A DNA stretch of 62,507 nt from an uncultured Candidatus Saccharibacteria bacterium (GTDB lineage Bacteria; Patescibacteriota; CPR2_A; CAYFQT01): the NCBI GenBank assembly GCA_964345445.1, contig CAYFQT010000001.1, positions 1-62,507 of the forward strand, given 5' to 3'. The notes beneath the pieces were generated by a model. That model saw only the letters and a program-made list of their open reading frames with translations, ran no database searches and had not been told where the DNA came from. Below are positions 37,848 to 47,285 of this stretch, piece after piece. Numbering within the stretch: position 1 is the first letter of the stretch; every line of letters begins with the position of its first letter. The translations under genes were made by a program, and so were the position numbers.

Positions 37848-38303
37848 ATGCTAAAAAACCTAACAAGAAAACAAACAAGCAAGGGTTTTACATTGATTGA
37901 ACTGATAGTCGTTATTGGTATTATTGCAATTTTGGCGGCAATCGTAATTGTTGCGGTTAATCCAGGAAAACAATTTGCTGATGCCCGAGATGCCCAAAGA
38001 TGGAATGATGTTAATGCTATTCTGAATGCTACTCATCAGTATGCTGCTGACAATAATGGTAATCTGCCAGCTACTATTACAAATGTAGCTACAGAGATTT
38101 GTGCCGATGGTGGTGATTGTACTGGTTTAATTGATCTTTCAGTTTTAACTGCTGGTGGAACATACCTGACAGCAATGCCGGAAGATCCTTCTACTGCTAC
38201 CACAAATAGTACTAAGTATACTATTTTTGAAGATGCTGGAAACGGTCGGGTAACTGTTGCTGCTCCTGACGCTGAAAATGCTACAGTTAGTGTGATGCGA
38301 TAA
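37848..38303 (+). CDS. Type IV major pilin-like protein
   Basis: G|FTLIELIVVIGIIAILAAIV signal; AR(D/N)AQR motif; GGAGG RBS. Confidence 0.88.
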   Translation: MLKNLTRKQTSKGFTLIELIVVIGIIAILAAIVIVAVNPGKQFADARDAQRWNDVNAILNATHQYAADNNGNLPATITNVATEICADGGDCTGLIDLSVLTAGGTYLTAMPEDPSTATTNSTKYTIFEDAGNGRVTVAAPDAENATVSVMR

Positions 38304-38401
38304 AAAACTGACATTTTAACGTAATTATCAATGCTGATTAAATTACAGAGGGCTGAACTATGACCTCTGTAATAACAGATAATTTCAGTTATCCTTACTA
38401 G

Positions 38402-38434
38402 AATAAAAGCTACAGATTTCTGTAGCTTTTTAAA
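38402..38434. repeat. Palindrome, copy 1 (AAAGCTACAG-4-CTGTAGCTTT)
   Basis: Near-identical to 39888-39920. Confidence 0.75.
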
Positions 38435-38467
38435 TATGGTGAAATAATAACACCTCCGAGGTGTCTT

Positions 38468-38495
38468 TTACCACCAAAACAACAGATAAAAAAGA
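38468..38495. repeat. 28-bp direct repeat, right copy
   Basis: Identical to 28301-28328. Confidence 0.9.
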
Positions 38496-38521
38496 TTTAT
38501 TAAAATTTTTACAAAAAATCC

Positions 38522-38550
38522 TTGACTTTTGTGACAAGATTTGTTATAAT
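38522..38550 (+). promoter_or_regulatory. Sigma70 promoter
   Basis: TTGACT-17-TATAAT with an extended TG. Confidence 0.7.
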
Positions 38551-38607
38551 GGTTCTTTAACGAATTGTAATTTTAAAACAGAATAGCGGTCAAATTTACC
38601 AAAGGGG

Positions 38608-39663
38608 GTGTTGTTGGTGCAAAAGGAATATATACCTGTTACGCACCAAAGACCGCATTTGGACGAGATTGTAGCTATCTGGCAGTTACGAAAGTGGGGT
38701 GATAAGAAATTTCTTGGCATAGCTAAAGCTCAACTTGTAACATGGTCGGAAGGTAATGAGAGTCCTGATGGAAGGTCACTTGATGAGTGGGAGAAAGATG
38801 GATTTATTGTAATCGGCGCAGGAGGGAAAGGCAGATTCAATCATCATCCGCATAAGGAATATGGTGAAGTTTGTTCTGCGACTTTAGTAGCTAAGTATCT
38901 AGAAATTGATGATGATCCTGCCCTTACTCAAATTCTTGCCTATACACTCAAAAGTGATCTTGGCAAGAGCGATGGAGTAATGGATTTGGCATCATGCGTC
39001 AAATATCTTAATACCCAATATCCTGATAACCCAGAAAAAGTATTAGATTGGGTTTTTGAGATACTTAATGCTAAGTATTCTGAGCAGCAAGTTTTTTTCA
39101 ACTCTACTAAGAAGAAGTTTGAAAATGCTGCTAAGATACTTACCGTGCAAATGGGTAAAAAAGAACTCAGAATTGTTAGTATTCATTCTAACAATGAACT
39201 GATGTCTAAATTTGCTCGTTCTAAACATGGTGGTCGTGCCAATGTGGTCATTCAGCAGCATTCTTCGGGGAATGTTCAAATCTTTACCTCTATGTATCCT
39301 CCAATCAAACTTACTGATGTGGCTTGTGTACTTCGAGTGGAGGAACAATGCGCTAAAGGAGTCTTTACTACTAAAGACTTTAAAGAATTGGGTGGTGAAG
39401 GAAAAACCAAAGGTGTTGAAGAATGGTATTATCAAAAAGAAGGTGAAATGTTACTTAATGGAAGCCTTACTGCTACCGATGTTCCTCCGACAAGACTTTC
39501 TCTGGAGAAAATTGAAGAACTTGTTGCTCTCGCTCTGGAGAGTTCCTTTCCGCCTGAATGTCCAGACAAATCTTGCACTCGTGAAAAGTGTGAACTCTAC
39601 AAGTATGGCTTTCAACGCTGTCGACGGAAAAGATACCAGCTTTACTCGTCCAACTCCAATTAG
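38608..39663 (+). CDS. MYG1/DHH-like putative metal-dependent hydrolase with a Cys-rich tail
   Basis: TH..PHLDE..A.W and G.GG.GRFNHH resemble the MYG1 TH...FH.DE and RFDHH motifs; the start codon is uncertain. Confidence 0.55.
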   Translation: MLLVQKEYIPVTHQRPHLDEIVAIWQLRKWGDKKFLGIAKAQLVTWSEGNESPDGRSLDEWEKDGFIVIGAGGKGRFNHHPHKEYGEVCSATLVAKYLEIDDDPALTQILAYTLKSDLGKSDGVMDLASCVKYLNTQYPDNPEKVLDWVFEILNAKYSEQQVFFNSTKKKFENAAKILTVQMGKKELRIVSIHSNNELMSKFARSKHGGRANVVIQQHSSGNVQIFTSMYPPIKLTDVACVLRVEEQCAKGVFTTKDFKELGGEGKTKGVEEWYYQKEGEMLLNGSLTATDVPPTRLSLEKIEELVALALESSFPPECPDKSCTREKCELYKYGFQRCRRKRYQLYSSNSN

Positions 39664-39751
39664 TCCGCTCGGTAGGGAGCGTTAATCAGACAGGGGGAAG
39701 ATACCTACCAAGCCTATTTTCTACCTCTTGAAAGTCTAAGAAAATAGGGTG

Positions 39752-39802
39752 GAGAGTTGTCACTGCACATAATACTATTTCAAATAGTGATAGCTCTCTT
39801 TT
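39752..39802 (+). terminator. Intrinsic terminator
   Basis: GAGAGTTGTCACT/AGTGATAGCTCTC stem followed by TTTT. Confidence 0.65.
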
Positions 39803-39887
39803 ATTTTGTTTAAATCCTTCTAATTCCAGTTAATTTCTGTTTTAATTCTTCCAATATTTAAAAAGTCAAATATCTTTATTTTTATTT

Positions 39888-39920
39888 AATAAAAGCTACA
39901 GGAATCTGTAGCTTTCTAAA
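39888..39920. repeat. Palindrome, copy 2 (AAAGCTACAG-4-CTGTAGCTTT)
   Basis: Near-identical to 38402-38434. Confidence 0.75.
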
Positions 39921-40267
39921 GTGTTTGTGGCCAATTATAAAACTTTGGAATGAATTATCTTTCCTAAATTATCTCTTTCTACAATAACCCTCCTCTTTCT
40001 TGATGGAGGGAGTTTTAGTTTGATTTCAAATGGTAGGTAATTAGCTTCATCATATAAAGTTGCGTTCTTACTATTCCAATTGACAACATAAGCTCTCCTA
40101 TATTTATCTTATCACTAAAGTAAAATACAAAAAAGACCTATTAAATAAAAATTTTCATTTGACAAATCAAGCTTAGCCTTGACAAATGAAGTTTGATATA
40201 ATATTATTAGATATCCTAGAAAAATCTAGGAAAAAATCCGTACTTTTACAAAAGGAGATGATTGGAG

Positions 40268-40897
40268 ATGAAAGGACTTCTTATGGTTTTAACTCTATTT
40301 CTTCTTTTATTAGGCTCTATTCTTTTTCTGTTTCTACCTAAAGATTTGAATCTTATTGGAGCTGCACTGATTTTCTTCGGGCTAAGCTTATCCTTCCCAA
40401 TTGGTGCATGGGGTCTTCCTCTAAGACAGAAAAGAAAGAATAGAACTTATCAGGCAATTTTAGAGGCTATAACTTGCCAAGGTTGGAATATTTATTATCG
40501 AGGAAAACCAGATTCAAAAATCGATACTCGAGAAACATACAAAAGAGGTCCTGTTGAATCCTTAGAAAAAGGTTTATTATATGTAATTCTACCAAAAGTA
40601 AATAATCCAACTGAAAAAAATACAGTAGATAGTTTTATAGAAAAACATCAGGTAGAGCCAAAAATTACAGTGCCATTGAGTGAATCTTACCGCTTCTTAG
40701 GACGAATAGTTTATCCTAACACAGAGCCCAAAATTGAAGATCTCTTAAGGTCAGGGGAAGAAATATCCTTTATAGGATTTGAATTACAAGAAAAAGAAGT
40801 AAGACTACTTGCGCCATTAAAGACATTCATACCTTATGATGTTTTTCTGGAAGCTCTTAAAACACTTCAAGACATAAATATATTAGAAAAATTTTGA
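40268..40897 (+). CDS. Hypothetical membrane-anchored protein
   Basis: Two N-terminal TM helices; GGAG RBS. Confidence 0.6.
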   Translation: MKGLLMVLTLFLLLLGSILFLFLPKDLNLIGAALIFFGLSLSFPIGAWGLPLRQKRKNRTYQAILEAITCQGWNIYYRGKPDSKIDTRETYKRGPVESLEKGLLYVILPKVNNPTEKNTVDSFIEKHQVEPKITVPLSESYRFLGRIVYPNTEPKIEDLLRSGEEISFIGFELQEKEVRLLAPLKTFIPYDVFLEALKTLQDINILEKF

Positions 40898-41103
40898 AAA
40901 GGGAGATGGGAATAATGACTTGGAAAAGTATTTATGAAGCTGGTGGTGTAGGTATTATATCTCATCACATTGGTAAAAGAGCAAAAACTAAAGATGGTCA
41001 AATTGGTAAATTAGAGGTTAAAGGCAGCCACTTCTGCGTTGTTGATGAGAAGGGAGAAAGAATTGGCTTAGCTGAAGAGATTGAAATGGAAAATGAGAAT
41101 TAA
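40894..41103 (+). CDS. Hypothetical small protein (start may be ATG 40906 or 40915)
   Basis: Translationally coupled ORF. Confidence 0.45.
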   Translation: MKREMGIMTWKSIYEAGGVGIISHHIGKRAKTKDGQIGKLEVKGSHFCVVDEKGERIGLAEEIEMENEN

Positions 41104-41142
41104 AAAATCAGAAAAATCTTGAAGAAGGGAGATAGGGAAAAA

Positions 41143-41478
41143 ATGAGTTCAATAGTAGATATTGGTGCTTTGCTTTTATGGATAGCTGTAATAATTTTTG
41201 GTTTAACTGAGGTGTCTTCAATACACCATCTTCTCCTGTCAAATTTGGAGCGGTCACGACCCATTCACTACTTGTATGCGACAACTATATCAGTAACTTT
41301 ATTTTTACTAAGTTCAAGTGTACTTCTCTCAATAGGGATATCCTCTGCATTTTCCACTTTAAATAGTTTTGGTTTTAGATTTGTTTTGATGTTCTTAGTG
41401 ATAGAGAATGTATTTTTTTTAATAGCAGCTGTAGGTTACTTTATTGCTGGAGCTAGAAAACTTAAACACGAACTTTGA
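41143..41478 (+). CDS. Hypothetical protein with three TM helices
   Basis: Three hydrophobic segments. Confidence 0.55.
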   Translation: MSSIVDIGALLLWIAVIIFGLTEVSSIHHLLLSNLERSRPIHYLYATTISVTLFLLSSSVLLSIGISSAFSTLNSFGFRFVLMFLVIENVFFLIAAVGYFIAGARKLKHEL

Positions 41479-41612
41479 GTTTTTGAAGAGAAAAACAAGC
41501 CTAATGCAGCATAGGTTGCAAGAAAACATTTCAATAAAAAATAAGCGGGTGTTCTGATTTTATCAGAACTTTATGGTTTTATACCAACCGCTTTTTTCCT
41601 TTACCTAAATTT

Positions 41613-42584
41613 CTATCGTCGACGACGTCTCCCATGGAAGGCTTTGTGGACGTCGCGGAGTTGTTGATCAGTTATATGAGTATAGACTTGGGTAGTAGTT
41701 ATATTGGCATGGCCTAACATTTGCTGAACAGAACGAATATCTGCTCCAGAAATTAAAAGATCAGTAGCGAATGAGTGCCTAAGAGTATGGGGCGTAATCT
41801 TTTTTACCAATCCAGATTTTAAAGCATATTTACAAACTATGCGCTCCACACTTCTTGCGGTTAATCTGGGCTCCTCTCCTTTTAATTCCCTTTCTCTGGT
41901 TTTCTTTCCTTGAGCATCTCTTTTGGATATAAACAATGCTTTGAAATTATCTGAACGATTTTTTAAATATTGAACAAGCCAGCCTCGGGCAGTATCTGAT
42001 AAAAAAACAATTCTCTCTTTGCCTCCTTTGCCTTTTATCATAAATTCTCCCCTGGTTAGATTTATCTGATTTCTGTCTAGGTTAACTAATTCGGAAACCC
42101 GCAGTCCGGTAGAAAAAAAAGTCTCCAAGATTGCTCTATCCCTTAAGACAATAAATTTCTTCCTTTTTGATGCTTTCTCTGGATTAGCTGCTTCTAATAA
42201 ACTTTCCAGTTCCCCTGCTTCCAAGAAAGTTACTTCTTTCCTTTGAACTTTTCCTAACTCTACCCTTTCAGCGGCCAAACTTTTTATATCTCTTTTGGCT
42301 AAATATCTCAGAAAAGCTCGCAAAGCAATAATATGATAATTTTGAGTAATTTTTTTCAAGTCATTCCCTTGTGAATCTTTTAAGCGATTTAAATAAAGAC
42401 GATATTCTCGAACTAAATCTAAAGAAATAGCACCAGGAGAGCTTATCCCTTTCTTCTGAGCGAATTCAGAAAATCTCCGCAGATAGTGATCATAATTACG
42501 GATAGTAAGCTGGGAACGATTTCTCTCAATCTCACAATATTCCAAAAAATCGGTAATTAAATGATCCAGATTTGAAGTATTCAT
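41613..42584 (-). CDS. xerC: XerC/XerD-like tyrosine recombinase
   Basis: SAM-like N-domain, RD.A....F.TGLRVSE, KGKG.KER, H.LRHSFAT, LGH...TTQVY catalytic set. Confidence 0.9.
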   Translation of the reverse strand: MNTSNLDHLITDFLEYCEIERNRSQLTIRNYDHYLRRFSEFAQKKGISSPGAISLDLVREYRLYLNRLKDSQGNDLKKITQNYHIIALRAFLRYLAKRDIKSLAAERVELGKVQRKEVTFLEAGELESLLEAANPEKASKRKKFIVLRDRAILETFFSTGLRVSELVNLDRNQINLTRGEFMIKGKGGKERIVFLSDTARGWLVQYLKNRSDNFKALFISKRDAQGKKTRERELKGEEPRLTARSVERIVCKYALKSGLVKKITPHTLRHSFATDLLISGADIRSVQQMLGHANITTTQVYTHITDQQLRDVHKAFHGRRRRR

Positions 42585-42792
42585 ATTTTTATCTCTTTAC
42601 TCCTTACTATTTACTCAAAACTAATTGGGTCGCACAATTTAATTGTATACTCTTTTATAAAAATAGCCAAGAATAAGCTAAAAAAATTGACAAATTTATT
42701 ATATATATGATAGACTTAAATATTAATAAAGGGTGTTCTTTGAAAAACAAACTAACATTTCCCAACATTTTCCAGCTTTAGAGGTGGTATGT

Positions 42793-43257
42793 ATGATAAA
42801 CAGCATAGACAGAATAATGATTTGCGTTAATCAAAGAAAATATAAACAAGCTTATTTGATTGCAAAAGAATTGAAAAAAGAATATTTGTCAGGAGACACA
42901 AATAGAGAAAAAAAATTAGTATTAAAAAAATTTATTGAAAAAATAATTGTTGAAAGAAATAAGGCTAGCAGAAATAAAAAGAAACGAAAGAAAAAATGGC
43001 TAAATGAAATAAAAGCGGTACTAAGTCAAAAATTATTAATTTTCTATCCTGAACATTTTATCTCCTGTTATGATAAAAGTAGGGTTGAAACTCGAGCAGG
43101 AAGAGTTCGTCCCGAAAAGGAACTTGTTAAGATATACGACCGAGAAGATATGGGATTTGGTCATCATCTTACAATAGAGCAATTTGAAGAGGTGTTAGAA
43201 GAAATAAAATTTAAAGAATTTGGTTCGTCAAGATTACAAAATGACAAAATGCCCTGA
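42793..43257 (+). CDS. Hypothetical protein
   Basis: GAGGTG RBS before the ATG; upstream TTGACA promoter-like site. Confidence 0.55.
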   Translation: MINSIDRIMICVNQRKYKQAYLIAKELKKEYLSGDTNREKKLVLKKFIEKIIVERNKASRNKKKRKKKWLNEIKAVLSQKLLIFYPEHFISCYDKSRVETRAGRVRPEKELVKIYDREDMGFGHHLTIEQFEEVLEEIKFKEFGSSRLQNDKMP

Positions 43258-43286
43258 ATATAATGAAAATAAGAGGTGGAAAGAAT

Positions 43287-43556
43287 ATGGCTGAAGAAAA
43301 GAAAGATGAATGTAAAACCTGCTATAATGAAGATTTTAAAAAAGCAATAGAAAAAAGGACAAAAAAAGAAACCAAACAAACAGAAGAAGAATTAGAACAA
43401 TTAGGTTTACTTGAAAGAAAAATGCCGCTTCTTAAATGTCCTGAATGCGGGAATGAACAACCACCCACCTATAGGGGTTATTCCCAAAGATGTAAAAAAT
43501 GTAATCATATGTGGTTCTTAATTAAAGGCTTTGAAAAGGAAAATGAAAAGGGGTGA
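43287..43556 (+). CDS. Small zinc-ribbon protein
   Basis: CPECG...CKKCNH plus an N-terminal CKTC; GAGGTGG RBS. Confidence 0.65.
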   Translation: MAEEKKDECKTCYNEDFKKAIEKRTKKETKQTEEELEQLGLLERKMPLLKCPECGNEQPPTYRGYSQRCKKCNHMWFLIKGFEKENEKG

Positions 43557-44074
43557 TAGGAATGACAAAGGAGAAAAAATTTAAGATTATTCTTGGTATA
43601 ATAGGTATATTTCTTTTACTGCCTGCTGTGATATATATGATAAAAGAAAACACAGAGGGGAAGAGTCAAAAAGAAGAACCTCTTAAAGTGGAAGTATTTT
43701 TTCTAGAACCTTGGAAGGATGGGTATAAATTTACATCAATAGAGAGAGAAATTCCAGCAAATAGTGATAAAAAATTTGAGGCTCTGGTAGAAAAATTAGT
43801 GGAAGGACCGACAGAGAAAGATAGAAAAGAGACTAAAATTAAAGACTTAATGACACTTATCCCTAATGGAACAAAATTAATAAAGTTGGAAAAAGAGGGT
43901 AATACTGCTAATCTCTATTTTAATGAAAACATCAAATATTATGAGGAAATTGAAAGAGAATGGCTAAAAGAACAGATAGGTAAAACAATAACTCAATCAC
44001 CTGATATAAAAAATGTCAGAGTATGGGCTAAAGGAGAGCCTTGTAAAGATCTTTGTTATGAGAAAAAGGAATAA
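43553..44074 (+). CDS. GerMN-domain membrane-anchored protein
   Basis: TM helix, then V.VFF...R.IP, L..GPT, T.IP.GTKL and QI.KT..Q...IKNV motifs. Confidence 0.75.
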   Translation: MIGMTKEKKFKIILGIIGIFLLLPAVIYMIKENTEGKSQKEEPLKVEVFFLEPWKDGYKFTSIEREIPANSDKKFEALVEKLVEGPTEKDRKETKIKDLMTLIPNGTKLIKLEKEGNTANLYFNENIKYYEEIEREWLKEQIGKTITQSPDIKNVRVWAKGEPCKDLCYEKKE

Positions 44075-44111
44075 TTCTTTCTGTATAGAAGCTAATTAGG
44101 AGGTGTAAAAG

Positions 44112-44339
44112 ATGTCTTCTCAAAAAAGTCTTACTACTGATAAAGAGGAAAAAATAGGTGTAGAAATAGAAACTAAATCAATAATAGTTAAGCCACGAAC
44201 AAGCAATCATGTGCTTTTAGAAGATATATTCTCCCAATGCTCTAAATTTCGTAGTTGGGAAGCCAAAGAATTTATCTGGTTGGGGAATGATAGAAAAAAA
44301 TTAAAAATTGTTTTTGAAATCAAAACTTGTAAAATTTGA
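44112..44339 (+). CDS. Hypothetical protein
   Basis: AGGAGGTG RBS. Confidence 0.55.
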   Translation: MSSQKSLTTDKEEKIGVEIETKSIIVKPRTSNHVLLEDIFSQCSKFRSWEAKEFIWLGNDRKKLKIVFEIKTCKI

Positions 44340-44477
44340 AAAAATAGTGGGGACCGCTCTAAATTTTCAAACCCATAGGGCGGTTTTCTTTTTGGCATAG
44401 CTAAGCTTTGGCAAAAAATCTTAGTTATGTTAAACTAATTTTAGTTACTAACCACTATTCCCTACTCATTAATTATT

Positions 44478-45299
44478 ATGTCTATCTTCCAATCAATTAT
44501 CTTAGGAATTATTCAAGGTCTAACCGAATTTTTGCCTATTTCTTCCTCCGGCCATTTAGTTTTAGCACATAATTTGTTAGGGTGGCAGGAGACTGGGCTA
44601 GTTTTTGATGTAGCCTTACATTTAGGAACATTAGTTGCTCTGGTTGTCTTTTTCTTTAAAGATTGGAGAAAGATAATTTGTGAATCTTTTCTAAATCCTA
44701 AAAATTGGCAAAGAACAAAAAAACTAAACACTAATCACTACTCACTATTCACTCTCATCATTGTTGGCACTATCCCGGCTGCAACAATTGGTTTTTTTAC
44801 AGAAAGTGTAATTGAAACTGTATTTAGATCTTCTTGGATTGTTATTTCTATGTTAGTTGGAATAGGTCTTTTGTTTATTTTGACTGAAAGAATCGCTAAA
44901 AAACAAAAAGAATTAGGTAAAATTAATATTTTTGACTCAATTATTATTGGTTTTGCTCAAGCTTTGGCTTTAATTCCAGGGGTTTCTCGTTCAGGAATAA
45001 CAATAACAGCAGGATTGGCAAGAGGAATAAAAAGAGAGCAAGCAGCCCGATTTTCTTTTTTGTTAGCCACTCCCATAATCTTAGGGGCAGGAATGAAAAA
45101 AATGTATCAATTATTTAAGCTGGGATTTTCTGCGGATCAGAAAATAATCTATTTAGTAGGATTTTTAACTTCTTTTATTGTGGGTTTTTTTACCATAAAA
45201 TATCTTTTGAAATTCTTACAAAATCACAAATTAAATATCTTTGCTTATTATAGATTTATCTTAGCTTTTATTGCTTTGCTAATCTTAATTCTTAGATAA
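44478..45299 (+). CDS. uppP: Undecaprenyl-diphosphate phosphatase
   Basis: QGLTEFLPISSSGH, LHLGT, PGVSRSG.T and AARFSFLL motifs. Confidence 0.96.
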   Translation: MSIFQSIILGIIQGLTEFLPISSSGHLVLAHNLLGWQETGLVFDVALHLGTLVALVVFFFKDWRKIICESFLNPKNWQRTKKLNTNHYSLFTLIIVGTIPAATIGFFTESVIETVFRSSWIVISMLVGIGLLFILTERIAKKQKELGKINIFDSIIIGFAQALALIPGVSRSGITITAGLARGIKREQAARFSFLLATPIILGAGMKKMYQLFKLGFSADQKIIYLVGFLTSFIVGFFTIKYLLKFLQNHKLNIFAYYRFILAFIALLILILR

Positions 45300-45307
45300 A
45301 ATAAATA

Positions 45308-45490
45308 TGTTATTTCCGAGGGTAGTTGCCGAGAAAACCATATCGCAGGCCACCTGCAATGAGTGCCTGAAATATATATAAAAACACTTTGGTGGCCGAG
45401 ATCTGAGCAGCGTCTGGATTAAAACTATAACAATAAATTAATTAGGCGACTGCGTGTTTTCGAGGCGGCTACCCGAGGAAAAATATAACA
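45308..45490 (+). ncRNA. Candidate structured RNA (three-way junction, ~183 nt); strand inferred
   Basis: GC-enriched intergenic region with P1 GGGTAGTTGCC/GGCGGCTACCC and GAAAAC/GTTTTC, P2 GGCCACC/GGTGGCC, P3 GCAGCGTCT/AGGCGACTGC. Confidence 0.5.
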
Positions 45491-45506
45491 ATTCTAGGTT
45501 AATTAT

Positions 45507-45992
45507 ATGAATCTTGCTTTACTTTTTAGCTCAATACCCAAACCTTTAGCTACTTTGGCAATAGCTATGTTGCCTATTGCTGAATTAAGGTTAGCTTTGC
45601 CCATTGCTTTGGAAATTTATCATCTTCCAATCTGGCAAGCTTACCTATGGAGCGTTTTAGGCAATATGATTCCTCTAGTCTTTATTGTTTTTCTCTTAGA
45701 AAGAGTATCTCAGTGGCTCTCAGATCGATTTAATATTTTTAAAAAATTTTTTAGTTGGCTTTTTGAAAGAACACGCAGAAAACATAGCAGGAAATTTGAA
45801 ATATTTAAAGAATTCGCTTTGGTTATCTTTGTAGCTATTCCTTTGCCTGTAACTGGAGGCTGGACAGGAACAGTTGCTGCTTTTGTCTTTGGAATTCCTC
45901 CTAAAAAATCTCTGCCCCTGATATTTTTAGGAGTTTTAATAGCTGGGCTTGTTGTCACCTTAGCAACATTAGGAATAGGATCTATATTTTAA
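45507..45992 (+). CDS. COG2426-type small multidrug export family membrane protein
   Basis: P..ELR..LP, GN.IP and FVAIPLP.TGGWTG motifs. Confidence 0.82.
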   Translation: MNLALLFSSIPKPLATLAIAMLPIAELRLALPIALEIYHLPIWQAYLWSVLGNMIPLVFIVFLLERVSQWLSDRFNIFKKFFSWLFERTRRKHSRKFEIFKEFALVIFVAIPLPVTGGWTGTVAAFVFGIPPKKSLPLIFLGVLIAGLVVTLATLGIGSIF

Positions 45993-46010
45993 CTATATTA
46001 GAGTGTTATT

Positions 46011-47285
46011 ATGAAATTTAAAAAAACAACTTTAGGTAATGGTTTAAGAATCATTACTTGCGAAATGCCATACACACAATCAGTGACCATAACTATATTT
46101 GTAGGCGCTGGCTCTCGCTATGAAACAAAGAAACTCTGCGGCATTTCCCACTTTTTAGAACATATGGTCTTTAGAGGAACTAAAAAATATCCTTCAACCC
46201 AAGCTTTAACTGGGGTCATTGAAGGAATTGGCGGATACTTCGGTGCCAGTACTTATAAAGAAGAGGTTACTTATTATAGTAAAGTACCTAAATTATACTT
46301 TCAAAAAGCTCTGGATGTCCTTATTGATATGGTATTTCATCTTAAGTTAAGTGTTAGAGATATCAATACAGAAAGAAATGTAATAATTGAAGAAATTAAT
46401 AAATATAAGGATATTCCAGAAAGAAAAGTTTGGGATTTAATTTTCAATCTTATTTGGCCAAATGAACCTTTGGGAAGAACTGTTGGAGGGACTAAAGAGA
46501 GTGTAAAAAATATTAATAGGAAAAATTTTTCAGATTATATCAAAAATTTATATAAACCTCAAAATATAGTAATTAGTGTAGCTGGTAATATCAAACATAC
46601 AGAGGTAAAAAAAGAAGCAGAAAATCTGTTAGGCAAAATCAAGAAAGAGAAGTTTATTCATTATTGGAGAAAGGTTAAAGTTAAAGAAGACCAAAACAAA
46701 CCCAGAGTTTGTTTATTAAACAAAAAAACTGATCAAACTCATCTATGTTTAGGTTTAAAGGGAACATCATATAATAACCCGGATAAATTTGTTTTAAAAT
46801 TGTTAAATGTAATCTTAGGAGGAAGATTTGGTTCAAGGCTTTCTCTTAACATTAGAGAAAAACATGGATTAGCTTATACTCTTAATTCCCATAATGAAAA
46901 TTTTAAAGATACTGGATTGTTAGTAATATATGGAGGGATTAATACTAAGAAAATAAATTTGGCAATTAGATTAATATTAAAAGAATTAAATAAATTAAAA
47001 AATAAATTAGTCTCTAAAAAAGAATTTAAAGAAGCAAAAGAATTTGCTAAAGGCGGGTTAATACTTATGGAAAATACTAATAGAATATCAGAATTTCTAG
47101 GCGAACAAGAATTACTCTGCCCTAAAACCTTAACTCCAGGAGAAATGATAGCTGAGATTGAGAAAGTTACCCAAGAAGATATAAAAAGAGTGGCTAATAA
47201 TATTTTCCGAAATGACAATTTAAATTTAGCTATTATTGGGCCATTTAAAAATAAAAGAAAGTTTGAGGAGATTTTAAAATTGTAA
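46011..47285 (+). CDS. M16 family zinc peptidase
   Basis: GSRYE, HFLEH inverted zinc motif, G...SRL...IRE.HGLAY. Confidence 0.92.
   Translation: MKFKKTTLGNGLRIITCEMPYTQSVTITIFVGAGSRYETKKLCGISHFLEHMVFRGTKKYPSTQALTGVIEGIGGYFGASTYKEEVTYYSKVPKLYFQKALDVLIDMVFHLKLSVRDINTERNVIIEEINKYKDIPERKVWDLIFNLIWPNEPLGRTVGGTKESVKNINRKNFSDYIKNLYKPQNIVISVAGNIKHTEVKKEAENLLGKIKKEKFIHYWRKVKVKEDQNKPRVCLLNKKTDQTHLCLGLKGTSYNNPDKFVLKLLNVILGGRFGSRLSLNIREKHGLAYTLNSHNENFKDTGLLVIYGGINTKKINLAIRLILKELNKLKNKLVSKKEFKEAKEFAKGGLILMENTNRISEFLGEQELLCPKTLTPGEMIAEIEKVTQEDIKRVANNIFRNDNLNLAIIGPFKNKRKFEEILKL

Noticed and set aside
39212-39685. 157-aa alternative-frame ORF
   Set aside because: It is nested in the MYG1-like gene and has no RBS or motifs; it is likely a by-product of the local base composition.
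44408-44435. Possible dif site (TTATGTTAAAC resembles the XerD arm), 1.8 kb from the Xer-like gene
   Set aside because: The XerC arm (TTGGCAAAAAA) does not fit the consensus, and the match could arise by chance in AT-rich DNA or be a -10 region for uppP.
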